From contig JABFGG010000005.1 in assembly GCA_013112575.1 (NCBI GenBank), positions 149,497 through 213,496 on the forward strand: DNA of 64,000 nt. The letters are read 5' to 3'. Within the stretch, counting starts at the first letter, position 1, and every line of letters begins with the position of its first letter. Shown piece after piece: positions 54,134 through 63,296 of the stretch. Position numbers and translations under genes: made by a program. The notes beneath the pieces are model-generated. The model searched no databases. It was not told the DNA's origin and saw only the letters and a program-made list of their open reading frames with translations. This DNA comes from Chloroflexota bacterium (GTDB lineage Bacteria > Chloroflexota > Anaerolineae > Anaerolineales > UBA11579).

Positions 54134-55318
54134 TTAGATCAAATACTCACGGGTAGACCCGGATACTTGCCAATCGTGTGGCCTGTTACGAGTCTGTATT
54201 TCCGGCTGCGTCTCATCATCCAGATGAAGTTCACGCTGCCCATGTAAATCAAAGGGTTTGGGAGCTTCGCGCTGCTGGCTGCCCGGCCCGATATTGACGT
54301 CCGTCAGTGTGACACCGGCCTCTTGCATGCTCTGCTTGAGTTGTTGCACTTCGGCTTGCAGCAACTGGCTGGTGCTGGACGCATCAGGGGTGATCCACAC
54401 TTGAACACCGTCATTTCCCGAATTCAATTTCAGGTCAATGCGCCCCAGATGTTCAGGGTGGAGTTGCAGCCGTAAAGAGGTCTGCCCGCGGTCTACCAGT
54501 GTTTCCAGGGTGCTGCTGATCTGCTCGAGTATTCGAACAGGACGAGCTTCCGCCGTGCGGGCCAGCTCTCCGGCCTGGAATGATTTGGTTACCTGGGTCT
54601 GTGGGGTTGAAGCTATGCCGTTCACCTCAGGCTCAAGATCAACCTTGGCTTCAACATTGTCCTTTGCTACAGCTTTTACATCCGCCGCAACTTCTTCGCC
54701 TTCGACCTCGATACTTACCTGTGGTCCTTTGGTTTCAGTTGCTTGAACTGGTTCATCCAGTTCTGGGACTGGCGTATCTTCAATTGATTCGACAGTCAGG
54801 GTTTTTTCGCCCTCATTGGCCTGCACCCATTCCAGCTCTACAGCAGCAGGTGTAGGCGTTTCACCCAACGGTTTCGCGGCTTCCAGCTTTTGCAATTCTG
54901 GTTGGAAATCGACTTCACTACTTTGTAGTGGATTGTCAATCGCAACTTCAGTCTGGGTCTGTCCGGGATTAGCTCCCTGGGCTTGTAGCTCTGGAGCCAT
55001 TTCCGTTAACTGGGTTGGCCCTTCAGGCAGTTGGGTCAGCACCAGCCTGGGGTCAAACTGCCAGGGTGTGGCTGGTTCAACCGGTATTCTCTTGCCTGTC
55101 TCCGGGTCGATGATGACCTCAACCGGTTCCTGGGGCATACAGCCAGGATCGACAGCTATGCCGGACAGGAGTTGCTCTGGTTCCAGGTCTTCAAGCATTT
55201 CTTCAATGGCTTCAAAGACTTCGGCAAAGGGCAGCACCGGGGCCTCTGCTTGCGCAGTGGCTTCCAGGCTCTCTGGTGGCGGGCTATTAGCCGCCAGTAA
55301 GATGGGGATATTGTGCAT
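54134..55318 (-). CDS. fliK: flagellar hook-length control protein FliK
   Basis: C-terminal SLRLQLHPEHLGRIDLKLNSGNDGVQVWITPDASSTSQLLQAEVQQLKQSMQEAGVTLTDVNI, with an acidic/Pro-rich ruler region. Confidence 0.85.
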   Translation of the reverse strand: MHNIPILLAANSPPPESLEATAQAEAPVLPFAEVFEAIEEMLEDLEPEQLLSGIAVDPGCMPQEPVEVIIDPETGKRIPVEPATPWQFDPRLVLTQLPEGPTQLTEMAPELQAQGANPGQTQTEVAIDNPLQSSEVDFQPELQKLEAAKPLGETPTPAAVELEWVQANEGEKTLTVESIEDTPVPELDEPVQATETKGPQVSIEVEGEEVAADVKAVAKDNVEAKVDLEPEVNGIASTPQTQVTKSFQAGELARTAEARPVRILEQISSTLETLVDRGQTSLRLQLHPEHLGRIDLKLNSGNDGVQVWITPDASSTSQLLQAEVQQLKQSMQEAGVTLTDVNIGPGSQQREAPKPFDLHGQRELHLDDETQPEIQTRNRPHDWQVSGSTREYLI

Positions 55319-55324
55319 AAAAAA

Positions 55325-55729
55325 TTACCTCCGTGAAGCGATTTCTTTCAGCAAGCTAAGTTTGCTGCTGGAAAGTGAAGTAAGGGTTTGGTAACGCAGT
55401 ACGGTCTGGGTCATATCCCCCAATTCGGCATCAATATCCACGTTGTTGCCGTCTGCGCGTCGCGTGCCGCCCCTTTGGGACTGCACTCGGATATTGTTAA
55501 AACGATCCGCTACTGCCTGGTGGGCATCGGTTGTGGTTTCCATCTGGATCTTGCTACCTGTCCGCAAAAAGCGATTGAGCGCATCTTCAAAATTGACCTT
55601 TTGAGCTGTGTAACCCGGTGTATCCACATTGGCGATGTTGCGCCCCACAACCTCTTGTCGCAGGCTGAGGCCGTCCAGGGCCATGCGGGCGGCTTCAAGT
55701 GCCTTATCGTTTAATATGCCATTGACCAT
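55325..55729 (-). CDS. flgB: flagellar basal-body rod protein FlgB
   Basis: LRQEVVGRNIANVDTPGYTAQKVNFE...VDIDAELGDMTQTVLRYQ. ATG 55729 with a GGGAGGG RBS. Confidence 0.85.
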   Translation of the reverse strand: MVNGILNDKALEAARMALDGLSLRQEVVGRNIANVDTPGYTAQKVNFEDALNRFLRTGSKIQMETTTDAHQAVADRFNNIRVQSQRGGTRRADGNNVDIDAELGDMTQTVLRYQTLTSLSSSKLSLLKEIASRR

Positions 55730-55730
55730 C

Positions 55731-56321
55731 TTAGCCCTCCCACTCATTCATTGAGTAGCTCTGGAAATAGCCCATTACCTTGGGCACGTATGACTGCGTT
55801 TCAGCGTAAGGTGGAATGCCCCCATAGCGGTCCACCGCGCCAGGGCCGGCGTTATAAGCCGCCAGGGCCAGGGACGTATTGCCGCTGTAGCGATTGAGCA
55901 ATTGGCTCAACAAACGTACCCCGCCATCCACATTCTGCACCGGGTCAAAAGAATTGGTCACACCCAGACCGGCAGCCGTGCCTGGCATGAGTTGCATCAG
56001 GCCCTGTGCCCCGGCATGCGAGACGGCATCCGGGTTGTAGTTCGACTCCGCTTTGATCACAGCCCGAACGAGGTCGGCGTCTACACCATAACGCGCGGAA
56101 GCCTGCTGGATCAGCGAGTCAAAATCCGTATTAGCATCAATTGAATAATTCCCTGAACCTGGGAAGACGTAGGTGCCTGATGTGTTCGTAGCACCGGCCT
56201 GCCCCAGCCAGGGTGTACCCGTTGATGCTGCATCCGGGTTTTCGCGCAGACGTTCGATCATCTTTGCCACCAGGTCCAACATCACGGTCTGGAATTTGTA
56301 GGTGAAAATTGAGTCGATCAT
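55731..56321 (-). CDS. SLT-domain lytic transglycosylase embedded in the flagellar operon (FlgJ/SltF functional analogue)
   Basis: [30 protein letters not shown]...[28 protein letters not shown]. Confidence 0.85.
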   Translation of the reverse strand: MIDSIFTYKFQTVMLDLVAKMIERLRENPDAASTGTPWLGQAGATNTSGTYVFPGSGNYSIDANTDFDSLIQQASARYGVDADLVRAVIKAESNYNPDAVSHAGAQGLMQLMPGTAAGLGVTNSFDPVQNVDGGVRLLSQLLNRYSGNTSLALAAYNAGPGAVDRYGGIPPYAETQSYVPKVMGYFQSYSMNEWEG

Positions 56322-56785
56322 CACGCGTTCCCCAGGTTGGCTTCCAGCGATTGGCGGAAGGCCTTGGCAATATAAAGGTCATCCTGCAATGCTGCCTCCT
56401 GGGCAGCCTGCTTGGCATCGACCTCGTCCTGCTGGTTCTGTTTGAGTTTAAGCAGCACTTCTTCGTCTTGTTTGGCTGCCGTGACTTCATTGCGCTTGGC
56501 CTGTACCTGCATCTTTAGTTCTTCCAGCGCATGCTTTTGCTGTTCGATCTGTTCAAGCACACGTTGCAGGTTGGCACGCGTGTGGTTCAACTTGTCCATA
56601 TTGATCTCACCAGACTGCATCTCCGCCAGTTGTTGGTGTAGGTCAGTTTGTTGCTGCTCCAAAAAGATGAGATACTCTTTGGCTTGCTGCTCCTGTACAA
56701 GTAAGCGGCTGAGTAATATCTCAAGGGCATCCACGATATTGTGGCGATAATCTAAAACAGGTTGTAAAGAGAATTTAATGGCCAT
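56321..56785 (-). CDS. fliJ: flagellar export chaperone FliJ
   Basis: [15 protein letters not shown] followed by a coiled coil. Position after fliI. ATG 56785 lies 11 nt after AAGGAGG. Confidence 0.8.
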   Translation of the reverse strand: MAIKFSLQPVLDYRHNIVDALEILLSRLLVQEQQAKEYLIFLEQQQTDLHQQLAEMQSGEINMDKLNHTRANLQRVLEQIEQQKHALEELKMQVQAKRNEVTAAKQDEEVLLKLKQNQQDEVDAKQAAQEAALQDDLYIAKAFRQSLEANLGNA

Positions 56786-58118
56786 CTTCCGCATAGCCTC
56801 CTTCACTGATCATTTGCATGAATTTGGTAGTGTCCTGTAATTTTGTGCTGTCATCCTGCCCCTGTTGCAAAAGGGTATTGATGTAGGGCATCGCTTCAAT
56901 GGCCGTATCGATCTCGAGGTCAGATCCCTCCACGTAGGCTCCGATATTGATCAGGTCGCGTGCTTTTTCATAGCTGGCCAGCAAACGCCGGATGTGGCCC
57001 GCATATTCACGATGCTCGGGGTTGGTGATGGCAGGCATCACACGGCTGATGCTCTGTAATACATCAATGGCCGGATAGTGGTTGCGTTGCGCCAGTTCGC
57101 GCGTGAGCATGATGTGCCCATCTAGAATACTGCGGGACGCATCGCTGATCGGTTCGTTAAAGTCATCACCCTCCACCAAAACAGTGAAAAAGCCAGTGAT
57201 CGAACCACTCTCCGCCATCCCTGCCCGCTCCAATAGTTTGGGCAGTAGTGCAAATACGGAAGGTGTGTAGCCTTTACTGGCCGGGGGTTCTCCTACAGCC
57301 AGTCCCACTTCGCGTTGCGCCATCGCAAAGCGTGTCACCGAGTCCATTAAAAAGGTCACATGCATGCCTTGCTCGCGGTAATATTCCGCCATGGTCATTG
57401 CCACCCAGGCGGCTTTAAGGCGTACAAGCGCGGGCTGGTCGGAAGTCGATACCACTACGACTGAACGCGCCAGACCTTCCGGCCCCAGGTCGTTTTCAAC
57501 GAATTCCCTTACTTCACGACCGCGCTCACCGATCAAGGCTACTACGCTGACATGAGATAAGGCGTTGCGGGCGATGGACCCCATCATGGTGCTTTTGCCC
57601 ACACCGCTACCCGCAAAAATGCCGATCCTCTGGCCTTTGCCACAGGTGATCATGCCATCGATAGCGCGCACGCCCGTGATCAGTGGCTCAGAAATGGACT
57701 TGCGTTGCAATGGGTGCGGCGCATAGTTATAGATGGTCCGCGTGCTTTTTGTATTGACCGGACCCAGATCATCAATGGGATTTCCCAAACCGTCTACTAC
57801 TCTTCCCAATAATTCCATGCCAACGGGTGCACGCAAAAAGGTGTTCTGGGGATGTACAGCACTGCCCGGCTTGAGGCCTTGCATGTCGCCCAATGGCATA
57901 AGCAGCACACGCTCGTTGCGGAAACCGACCACTTCTGCCAGCAAAGGACCACTGCCGTTGGCCTCGATCTCACACACTTCGCCCACCTCGCAGTCCAGAC
58001 CGGTCGCTTCAATGGTCAGACTGACCACTTGTGCCACACGCCCGGAGCGCTTAATCGGATCGACCTTGGCCAAGGCGTTGCGATAACGAGAAAGGTCTAC
58101 GTTTCCCATCATGCTCAT
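56775..58118 (-). CDS. fliI: flagellum-specific ATPase FliI
   Basis: Walker A GSGVGKST and an F1/T3SS ATPase core. Confidence 0.95.
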   Translation of the reverse strand: MSMMGNVDLSRYRNALAKVDPIKRSGRVAQVVSLTIEATGLDCEVGEVCEIEANGSGPLLAEVVGFRNERVLLMPLGDMQGLKPGSAVHPQNTFLRAPVGMELLGRVVDGLGNPIDDLGPVNTKSTRTIYNYAPHPLQRKSISEPLITGVRAIDGMITCGKGQRIGIFAGSGVGKSTMMGSIARNALSHVSVVALIGERGREVREFVENDLGPEGLARSVVVVSTSDQPALVRLKAAWVAMTMAEYYREQGMHVTFLMDSVTRFAMAQREVGLAVGEPPASKGYTPSVFALLPKLLERAGMAESGSITGFFTVLVEGDDFNEPISDASRSILDGHIMLTRELAQRNHYPAIDVLQSISRVMPAITNPEHREYAGHIRRLLASYEKARDLINIGAYVEGSDLEIDTAIEAMPYINTLLQQGQDDSTKLQDTTKFMQMISEGGYAEDGH

Positions 58119-58921
58119 TATTGACCGCCCTCCGCGGTTGCCACCAGGTCGTCAAAGGATTTCATCATAGAGGCCAACTGGCTTTCCACGCGTGCGTCGA
58201 TATCGCCGTGCTGTCCTTCAATGAACACTCCACCGCGTGTAATGCTGGGATCAGAGATCAGGTGCACATCCTGCCCAATGGCGGATGCCATCTTTTCATC
58301 CCACAACAAACCAACGGCTTCAGCATCTTTGGGATGCAAATGAACTCGCAGGTCGCCTAATGTACGCGCCTGTGAAACTGCTCTTGACAGGGCCACCTGT
58401 AGCACGTCCGGGTCGAGTTCCACACCCGGCGCAAAGATCGTATTGGCCACCTGCTTCATCATCGCCAGGATCACTGGCTCACTTTGCTCGAACAATTCAT
58501 CCTGCCAGGCTTGGGTCTCAGCCACGATAGTACGCAATAAGGAAAGCATATTGCCTGTCTCGGCTTCGGCCGCATTGATGCCTTCCTGGTAAGCTTGCTG
58601 CTGCAACGCTTCCAGGTCTTGCTGGGTTTCGGCGTCCAGCACACCCCCAACCTGTGCCGCAGCTATCTGCTCTTGGTTCGGCTGGGCAAGCTCTTCCAGG
58701 CGGAATGATGAGGAGACCGGATGGCCCAGATCGGGCAATTGCCAATCGCTTGTCCCTGGTTTCAGCGTACCGCTATCGGTAACTGTGCCAAACACCAAGG
58801 CCAGGTCATCGGGCTGCCAGGGCTGTGCATCCTGGGAGACATTGCTGTCCGGCATCCATTCGGCCACACGTTCAGCGGCATCCTCGGCGGTCAACAGGCT
58901 ATTCGATGATATCTTCGCCAC
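58118..58921 (-). CDS. fliH: flagellar assembly protein FliH
   Basis: Position between fliG and fliI. The C-terminal domain resembles FliH/YscL (LRVHLHPKDAE...GGVFIEGQHGDIDARVESQL). GTG start is uncertain. Confidence 0.75.
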   Translation of the reverse strand: MAKISSNSLLTAEDAAERVAEWMPDSNVSQDAQPWQPDDLALVFGTVTDSGTLKPGTSDWQLPDLGHPVSSSFRLEELAQPNQEQIAAAQVGGVLDAETQQDLEALQQQAYQEGINAAEAETGNMLSLLRTIVAETQAWQDELFEQSEPVILAMMKQVANTIFAPGVELDPDVLQVALSRAVSQARTLGDLRVHLHPKDAEAVGLLWDEKMASAIGQDVHLISDPSITRGGVFIEGQHGDIDARVESQLASMMKSFDDLVATAEGGQ

Positions 58922-59921
58922 CTGCGCCTCCGCTGATCATGATCTCTTCGTCTTCTTCTAATTTCTGCACGGTTTCAACAATGACGCGTTGAGCTGCATA
59001 CACGTTCTTAGCGAGTTGTGGCCCCAACAATTCGACCTCTTCCTGAAGATTTTCGCGCGCCCGCTCCGACATGTTGCGATAAACCAGCTCACGCAGGTTT
59101 TCTGAAGCGCCCTTCAAGGCCAGCGCCAGATCGGATTTGTTGACGTCCCGCAAGATACGTTGCATGGTGCGGTCGTCAAACTGCGTGAGGTCGTCGAAAG
59201 TGAACATGTTCTCGCGGATCTCTTCGACAAGCGAAGGGTTGTCCTCATCCAGCGCATCCATGATCGACTTTTGTACACCGCGATCCACCTGGTTGAGCAT
59301 CTTGACCAGGAATTCAACCCCGCCCGTCGATTTAAAATCGGCCTGGCTGATCACGCTGGACAATTTATGTTTAAGGCTTTGCTCCACGTCCTGCACTACC
59401 TGTGGGGAAACACGCTCCATCCCTGAAAGCTTCAGGGTGATGGCAATCTGCATGTCCTGCGGCATATGTGTGATGATCTCAGCCGCCTGTTTGGCGTCCA
59501 GATAGGACAGCACCAATGCCACTGTCTGCGGCAATTCTTCAGCCAACAATTCGGCGATACGCGCCGGTTCGGCGTTGCGCAGGATCTCAAAAGAGGATAG
59601 CTGCTGGCGCGCCGTGATGCGTTCCAGGATGTCAGCGCCTCGCCGCGGACCAATGGACTGTGCCAGCAATTGACGGGTGAATTCAATACCACCGCTGTGC
59701 CCTACACTATTGGATGTAAATACGTAGGCTTCGGCCAACGCTTCGCGTCGCGCCTCTGGGGGCAGCGTCTTGGCATCTGTGATGGCGAACATCACCCGTT
59801 CCAGGTCGCTCTCACCCAGATACTGCAACACCTTAGAAGATTGCTGCACATCCAGGTTCAACAGCAGGGACGCTGCTTTGGCAACGCCGCTGATCTGGTT
59901 CGTGGTCAACATCTCAGACAT
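58899..59921 (-). CDS. fliG: flagellar motor switch protein FliG
   Basis: 340 aa. FTFDDLTQFDDRTMQRILRDV and a C-terminal charged helix region. Confidence 0.95.
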   Translation of the reverse strand: MSEMLTTNQISGVAKAASLLLNLDVQQSSKVLQYLGESDLERVMFAITDAKTLPPEARREALAEAYVFTSNSVGHSGGIEFTRQLLAQSIGPRRGADILERITARQQLSSFEILRNAEPARIAELLAEELPQTVALVLSYLDAKQAAEIITHMPQDMQIAITLKLSGMERVSPQVVQDVEQSLKHKLSSVISQADFKSTGGVEFLVKMLNQVDRGVQKSIMDALDEDNPSLVEEIRENMFTFDDLTQFDDRTMQRILRDVNKSDLALALKGASENLRELVYRNMSERARENLQEEVELLGPQLAKNVYAAQRVIVETVQKLEEDEEIMISGGAGGEDIIE

Positions 59922-59926
59922 TCAGC

Positions 59927-61570
59927 TTATTCCTCATCCAACCAGATTTGGATGACTTCTGCTACGGTGGCGGGGTCATCGTCGGCCAGGCGTGCTACTA
60001 CCTTTTGCATTTGCTCCTGTTCTTCATCGAGTGGCTGTTGCATCTGGGCTGCCAGCTCAGGCAGTGCTTCTTCCAGAGGAATTGGCATCTCACCTTGCGG
60101 CAGGGCCTCAGGTTCGCCTTGCAACAGCATCGGCATTTCATTGCCCGTGCTTTGCGTCTGGGTAGCCGCCACCTGGGAAACCGGCAGCATCAAGGGCGTC
60201 CACGATTCCAGAGATTGTTTGCGTAAATTCTTTAATAAGCGGTTCACGTACCACAACAGGATCAGCAAAAGCATGCCTGCGCCAACTGCCATACCGATCT
60301 GCATGTACAGGGCTTCCTGCCCCACCGAAGCCAGTTCTTCAGCCTGGGCATCGATGTAAGATCGGTCGAAGGCCAGTGTCTGCACTTCGAGCACGTCGCC
60401 GCGCGCATCATCGATGCCTGCCGCAGCCGCTATCACGGATCGCAAAGTTTCTAGTTGGGTCGCATCCGTAACCCCATCGACCAGCACGGACAGGGATACC
60501 TGTTCTACTTCACCAGAGGCTTCGATCGTCAGGGTCTGTGTCTCGGTGACCTCGTAATTGGTGATCTCTTCATCACGCTGGTAATTGGAACCCGCTTCAC
60601 CGTCGGCCCCCTCTTCAACACCTTCGGGCAAATTGGTCTCCGCACCCGGTACCCCGCCGACCACGTCCCCAGTTGTCGTGTAGCTTTCATTAATAGTTTG
60701 GGAACTGCGCACTACCTGCGATTCAGGATCGTAGGATTGTGTCGTGGTTTCGCGTTCGGTCCAGTCCATCGAAACCTGCGCCTTGACCACCGAACGGTTG
60801 GGGCCTAATGCCTGATCGAGGATCGTTTGGACTTTGCTTTCGATCTGGCTGGCCTCACTCAGTTCTGCAGCACGGCGGCTATCCACCTGGGCCACGTTGG
60901 CATCTGCCCCACTGGCCTCACCGGAGGCCAACATGTTGCCGTTGACATCCACCACAACTACACTGTCCGGGGACAACCCTTCGACACTACTGGCTACCAG
61001 ATGGGTAATGGAACGCACCTGGGCGGCATCCAGCGTGCGGGAGCCGACCTGCAAGGTTACTGATGCGGTGGGGGCTGTCTGGTCACTGGCCAGCAGGGTC
61101 TTTTCAGGGATAACGATATGCACACGCACCGCTTCCACGGCGTTCATGTTCATGATCGTGCGTTCCAACTCGCCCTCTAAAGCCTGCTGGTAATTCACCC
61201 GCTGGGTGAACTCTGTCATGCCAAAGGTGTTGCCGCTGAAAAGTTCAAAACCCACCGTGTCACCTGCAGGCAAACCGTTGCGGGCCATGCGCAGACGCAC
61301 TTCGTATACGTTGGCAGACGGCACCATGATGGTGCCACTGCCATTTAATTTATAGGGAATGCCATCTTCAGTTAGTTGCTGAGTAATCTCCCCGGCATCC
61401 GATTCGCTTAGGCCACTGAATGCCACCACGTAATTGGGTGTGCTCGCCCAGGTCACAAAGGCATAGCTCAGGGCGATGGCCGCCACGATAAAACCCACAA
61501 AGACCATTTTTTCGAGTGCGCCGAGATTGCGCCAGAAAGTAGAGAATTGTTTGCTGATCTGTGAGAACAT
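59927..61570 (-). CDS. fliF: flagellar MS-ring protein FliF
   Basis: 547 aa. N-terminal TM, YscJ/FliF ring domains, second TM, and a C-terminal FliG-binding tail. Confidence 0.95.
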   Translation of the reverse strand: MFSQISKQFSTFWRNLGALEKMVFVGFIVAAIALSYAFVTWASTPNYVVAFSGLSESDAGEITQQLTEDGIPYKLNGSGTIMVPSANVYEVRLRMARNGLPAGDTVGFELFSGNTFGMTEFTQRVNYQQALEGELERTIMNMNAVEAVRVHIVIPEKTLLASDQTAPTASVTLQVGSRTLDAAQVRSITHLVASSVEGLSPDSVVVVDVNGNMLASGEASGADANVAQVDSRRAAELSEASQIESKVQTILDQALGPNRSVVKAQVSMDWTERETTTQSYDPESQVVRSSQTINESYTTTGDVVGGVPGAETNLPEGVEEGADGEAGSNYQRDEEITNYEVTETQTLTIEASGEVEQVSLSVLVDGVTDATQLETLRSVIAAAAGIDDARGDVLEVQTLAFDRSYIDAQAEELASVGQEALYMQIGMAVGAGMLLLILLWYVNRLLKNLRKQSLESWTPLMLPVSQVAATQTQSTGNEMPMLLQGEPEALPQGEMPIPLEEALPELAAQMQQPLDEEQEQMQKVVARLADDDPATVAEVIQIWLDEE

Positions 61571-61577
61571 AGTTCAG

Positions 61578-61880
61578 TTAGACCTGCATACGCATAACTT
61601 CGCGATAGGCTTCTACCAGACGGTCACGTATGCCCATCGCCACCTGAAATTGGATATCGGTTTGCTCTGTAGCGATCATCGCCTGATGGATATCCACATC
61701 CTCTCCGGCAGCCAGGCGCTGCAAGAGGTCATCGCTGTTCTCTTGCGTGCGGCTCAAGGTATCCAGGGCATCTGCAAAGGTCTGCGTGACATTGCTGGCA
61801 GATTGGGTGGGTTTAGGCTTGGTAGCTGGCTGTGCTGCGCCAGTCGCTATACGGGGATCAATTTTGGGAATGTTCATCAT
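61578..61880 (-). CDS. fliE: flagellar hook-basal body protein FliE
   Basis: 100 aa. C-terminal HQAMIATEQTDIQFQVAMGIRDRLVEAYREVMRMQV. Confidence 0.9.
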   Translation of the reverse strand: MMNIPKIDPRIATGAAQPATKPKPTQSASNVTQTFADALDTLSRTQENSDDLLQRLAAGEDVDIHQAMIATEQTDIQFQVAMGIRDRLVEAYREVMRMQV

Positions 61881-61886
61881 CTACTC

Positions 61887-62348
61887 CTAACGACCAATGT
61901 CCAGTGCTCGCAGGGCCATGCTTTTGGCGGCTTCAATGATGGAGAGGTTGGCTTCATACGAGCGCGTCGCCGACAGCATATTGGTCATTTCCACCACAAT
62001 GTTCACGTTGGGATAGGTCACAAAGCCCTCTTCATCCGCATCGGGATGCGAGGGATCGTAGACCTTCGGCAATTCCTCGTCATCCGTGATCACCTCAGAA
62101 ACACGTACGCCCCCAACATCTAATAATGCGTTGGGCGAGGCGTTTTCCGTACGGCGGGCTTTGACCAGGCCGGGCAGGAATTGATCCTGCCCTTGTGGGG
62201 TGAAGACCACATCTTTTCGGCGGTAAGGACCGCCCTCCTCGGTGCGAGTGGTCTCCGCATTAGCTACGTTGTTGGCGATCACGTCCAGACGTAAACGCTG
62301 GGCGCTCAGGCCAGACATACCTACTCGTAATGTGTTCCAAAAACTCAT
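61887..62348 (-). CDS. flgC: flagellar basal-body rod protein FlgC
   Basis: MSFWNTLRVGMSGLSAQRLRLDVIANNVANAETTRT. Start set at ATG 62348 rather than the longer ORF. Confidence 0.9.
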   Translation of the reverse strand: MSFWNTLRVGMSGLSAQRLRLDVIANNVANAETTRTEEGGPYRRKDVVFTPQGQDQFLPGLVKARRTENASPNALLDVGGVRVSEVITDDEELPKVYDPSHPDADEEGFVTYPNVNIVVEMTNMLSATRSYEANLSIIEAAKSMALRALDIGR

Positions 62349-62442
62349 AGACTGTTCCTCATCCACAAACTGGTAAATCCTGCAAGCAGTTGCATGGTAG
62401 CAAAGGCTGCCTGCCAAGACAGTAAAGACCCGGTGAAGTCGC

Positions 62443-62498
62443 TATAAAAAGGGCGTGAACCCTTAAATCCGCACGTCCTGGGTGGACGCACCCAGGAC
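62443..62498 (-). terminator. tandem hairpins downstream of fliS (probable operon boundary)
   Basis: Perfect 10-bp stem GTCCTGGGTG-GACG-CACCCAGGAC (62475-62498). On the minus strand it is followed by AAGGG-TTCACG-CCCTT plus TTTAT. Confidence 0.5.
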
Positions 62499-62554
62499 GC
62501 GCTGTGGAGGAGGAAGATGGATCTTGATCGCCGTATAGTGGCGTTACAAGCAAT

Positions 62555-62878
62555 TTATTCTTGCAGTGAAACCATTTCTTGTTGGGCAATTTCCCAGGCT
62601 TCACGCAGTTCGGTCAGTGTGGTCAGTGCCGGTTCGAAGTCCCCGCCCCGAATACAATCGAGGCACCACTGGTAAAGGCTGAATAAGCCGTTGGACACTT
62701 CGTCGTAATCAAAGTTAAGTGCATCGCGTAGTGCGGAAACAGCCCTGGTTGCCCTGTCCACATCTTTCTGGTGGCAGGCTTTGATGGCTTGATCGTAAGC
62801 CATAATCACCAATTGAATGGGGCTGGCCGACATCACATCGTGTTGGCGATATTCGAGCACACCGTAGGCTGTTTGCAT
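62555..62878 (-). CDS. fliS: flagellin-specific chaperone FliS
   Basis: YRQHDVMSASPIQLVIMAYDQAIKAC...LNFDYDEVSNGLFSLYQWCL. Confidence 0.9.
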   Translation of the reverse strand: MQTAYGVLEYRQHDVMSASPIQLVIMAYDQAIKACHQKDVDRATRAVSALRDALNFDYDEVSNGLFSLYQWCLDCIRGGDFEPALTTLTELREAWEIAQQEMVSLQE

Positions 62879-62986
62879 ATCTTTCGTCTCCAGTAATCAG
62901 CAGATTTGATTTGCTTATGCTTTGTCTTCGACCTTTCGTCCAAAAACTTGAGCATTTACAAATAAAATTTGCCTAAAAAGACATGA

Positions 62987-63268
62987 TTAGCCAAAGAGAT
63001 CGACGAGATCGCCTTCTTGCAGTTCGGCCAGCTCTTCGGGGGGTACGCTGCGGATGACTTTACCGCTGCCTTTGTCCACTACCAGCACATTGACATCGTG
63101 CGTTTCAGCATCCACGCGGAAGCGCAGGGAAACGTCCGAACTGCTGGCCTTGCGCGCATTACCTTCATTGCTGCTTGTGGCCTTGCGGCTGTTGTTGCGG
63201 TTGTAGTCTTTGTAGCGCTGGCTCGTATCTACGCTTGTGCTTGTCGAACCGAATAATTTGAAAGACAT
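62987..63268 (-). CDS. flaG: flagellar protein FlaG
   Basis: SLRFRVDAETHDVNVLVVDKGSGKVIRSVPPEELAEL. Position between fliD and fliS. Confidence 0.8.
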   Translation of the reverse strand: MSFKLFGSTSTSVDTSQRYKDYNRNNSRKATSSNEGNARKASSSDVSLRFRVDAETHDVNVLVVDKGSGKVIRSVPPEELAELQEGDLVDLFG

Positions 63269-63296
63269 TGCTGCCTCCTTTGATAAGCGTTAGCGC

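Noticed and set aside
62399-62418. Sigma-54-like element TGGCAG-N7-TTGCT on the minus strand upstream of flgC.
   Set aside because: - The GG-to-GC spacing is 12 nt instead of the required 10.
- No rpoN or enhancer-binding-protein (EBP) genes are evident in the window.
62349-62554. c-di-GMP (GEMM-I) riboswitch upstream of the early flagellar operon, by analogy with the Clostridioides flgB leader.
   Set aside because: - I could not find the conserved GEMM features (a GNRA-tetraloop/receptor hairpin pair, ACGCAAAGCC-like core) in the minus-strand sequence.
- The hairpins present look like terminators.
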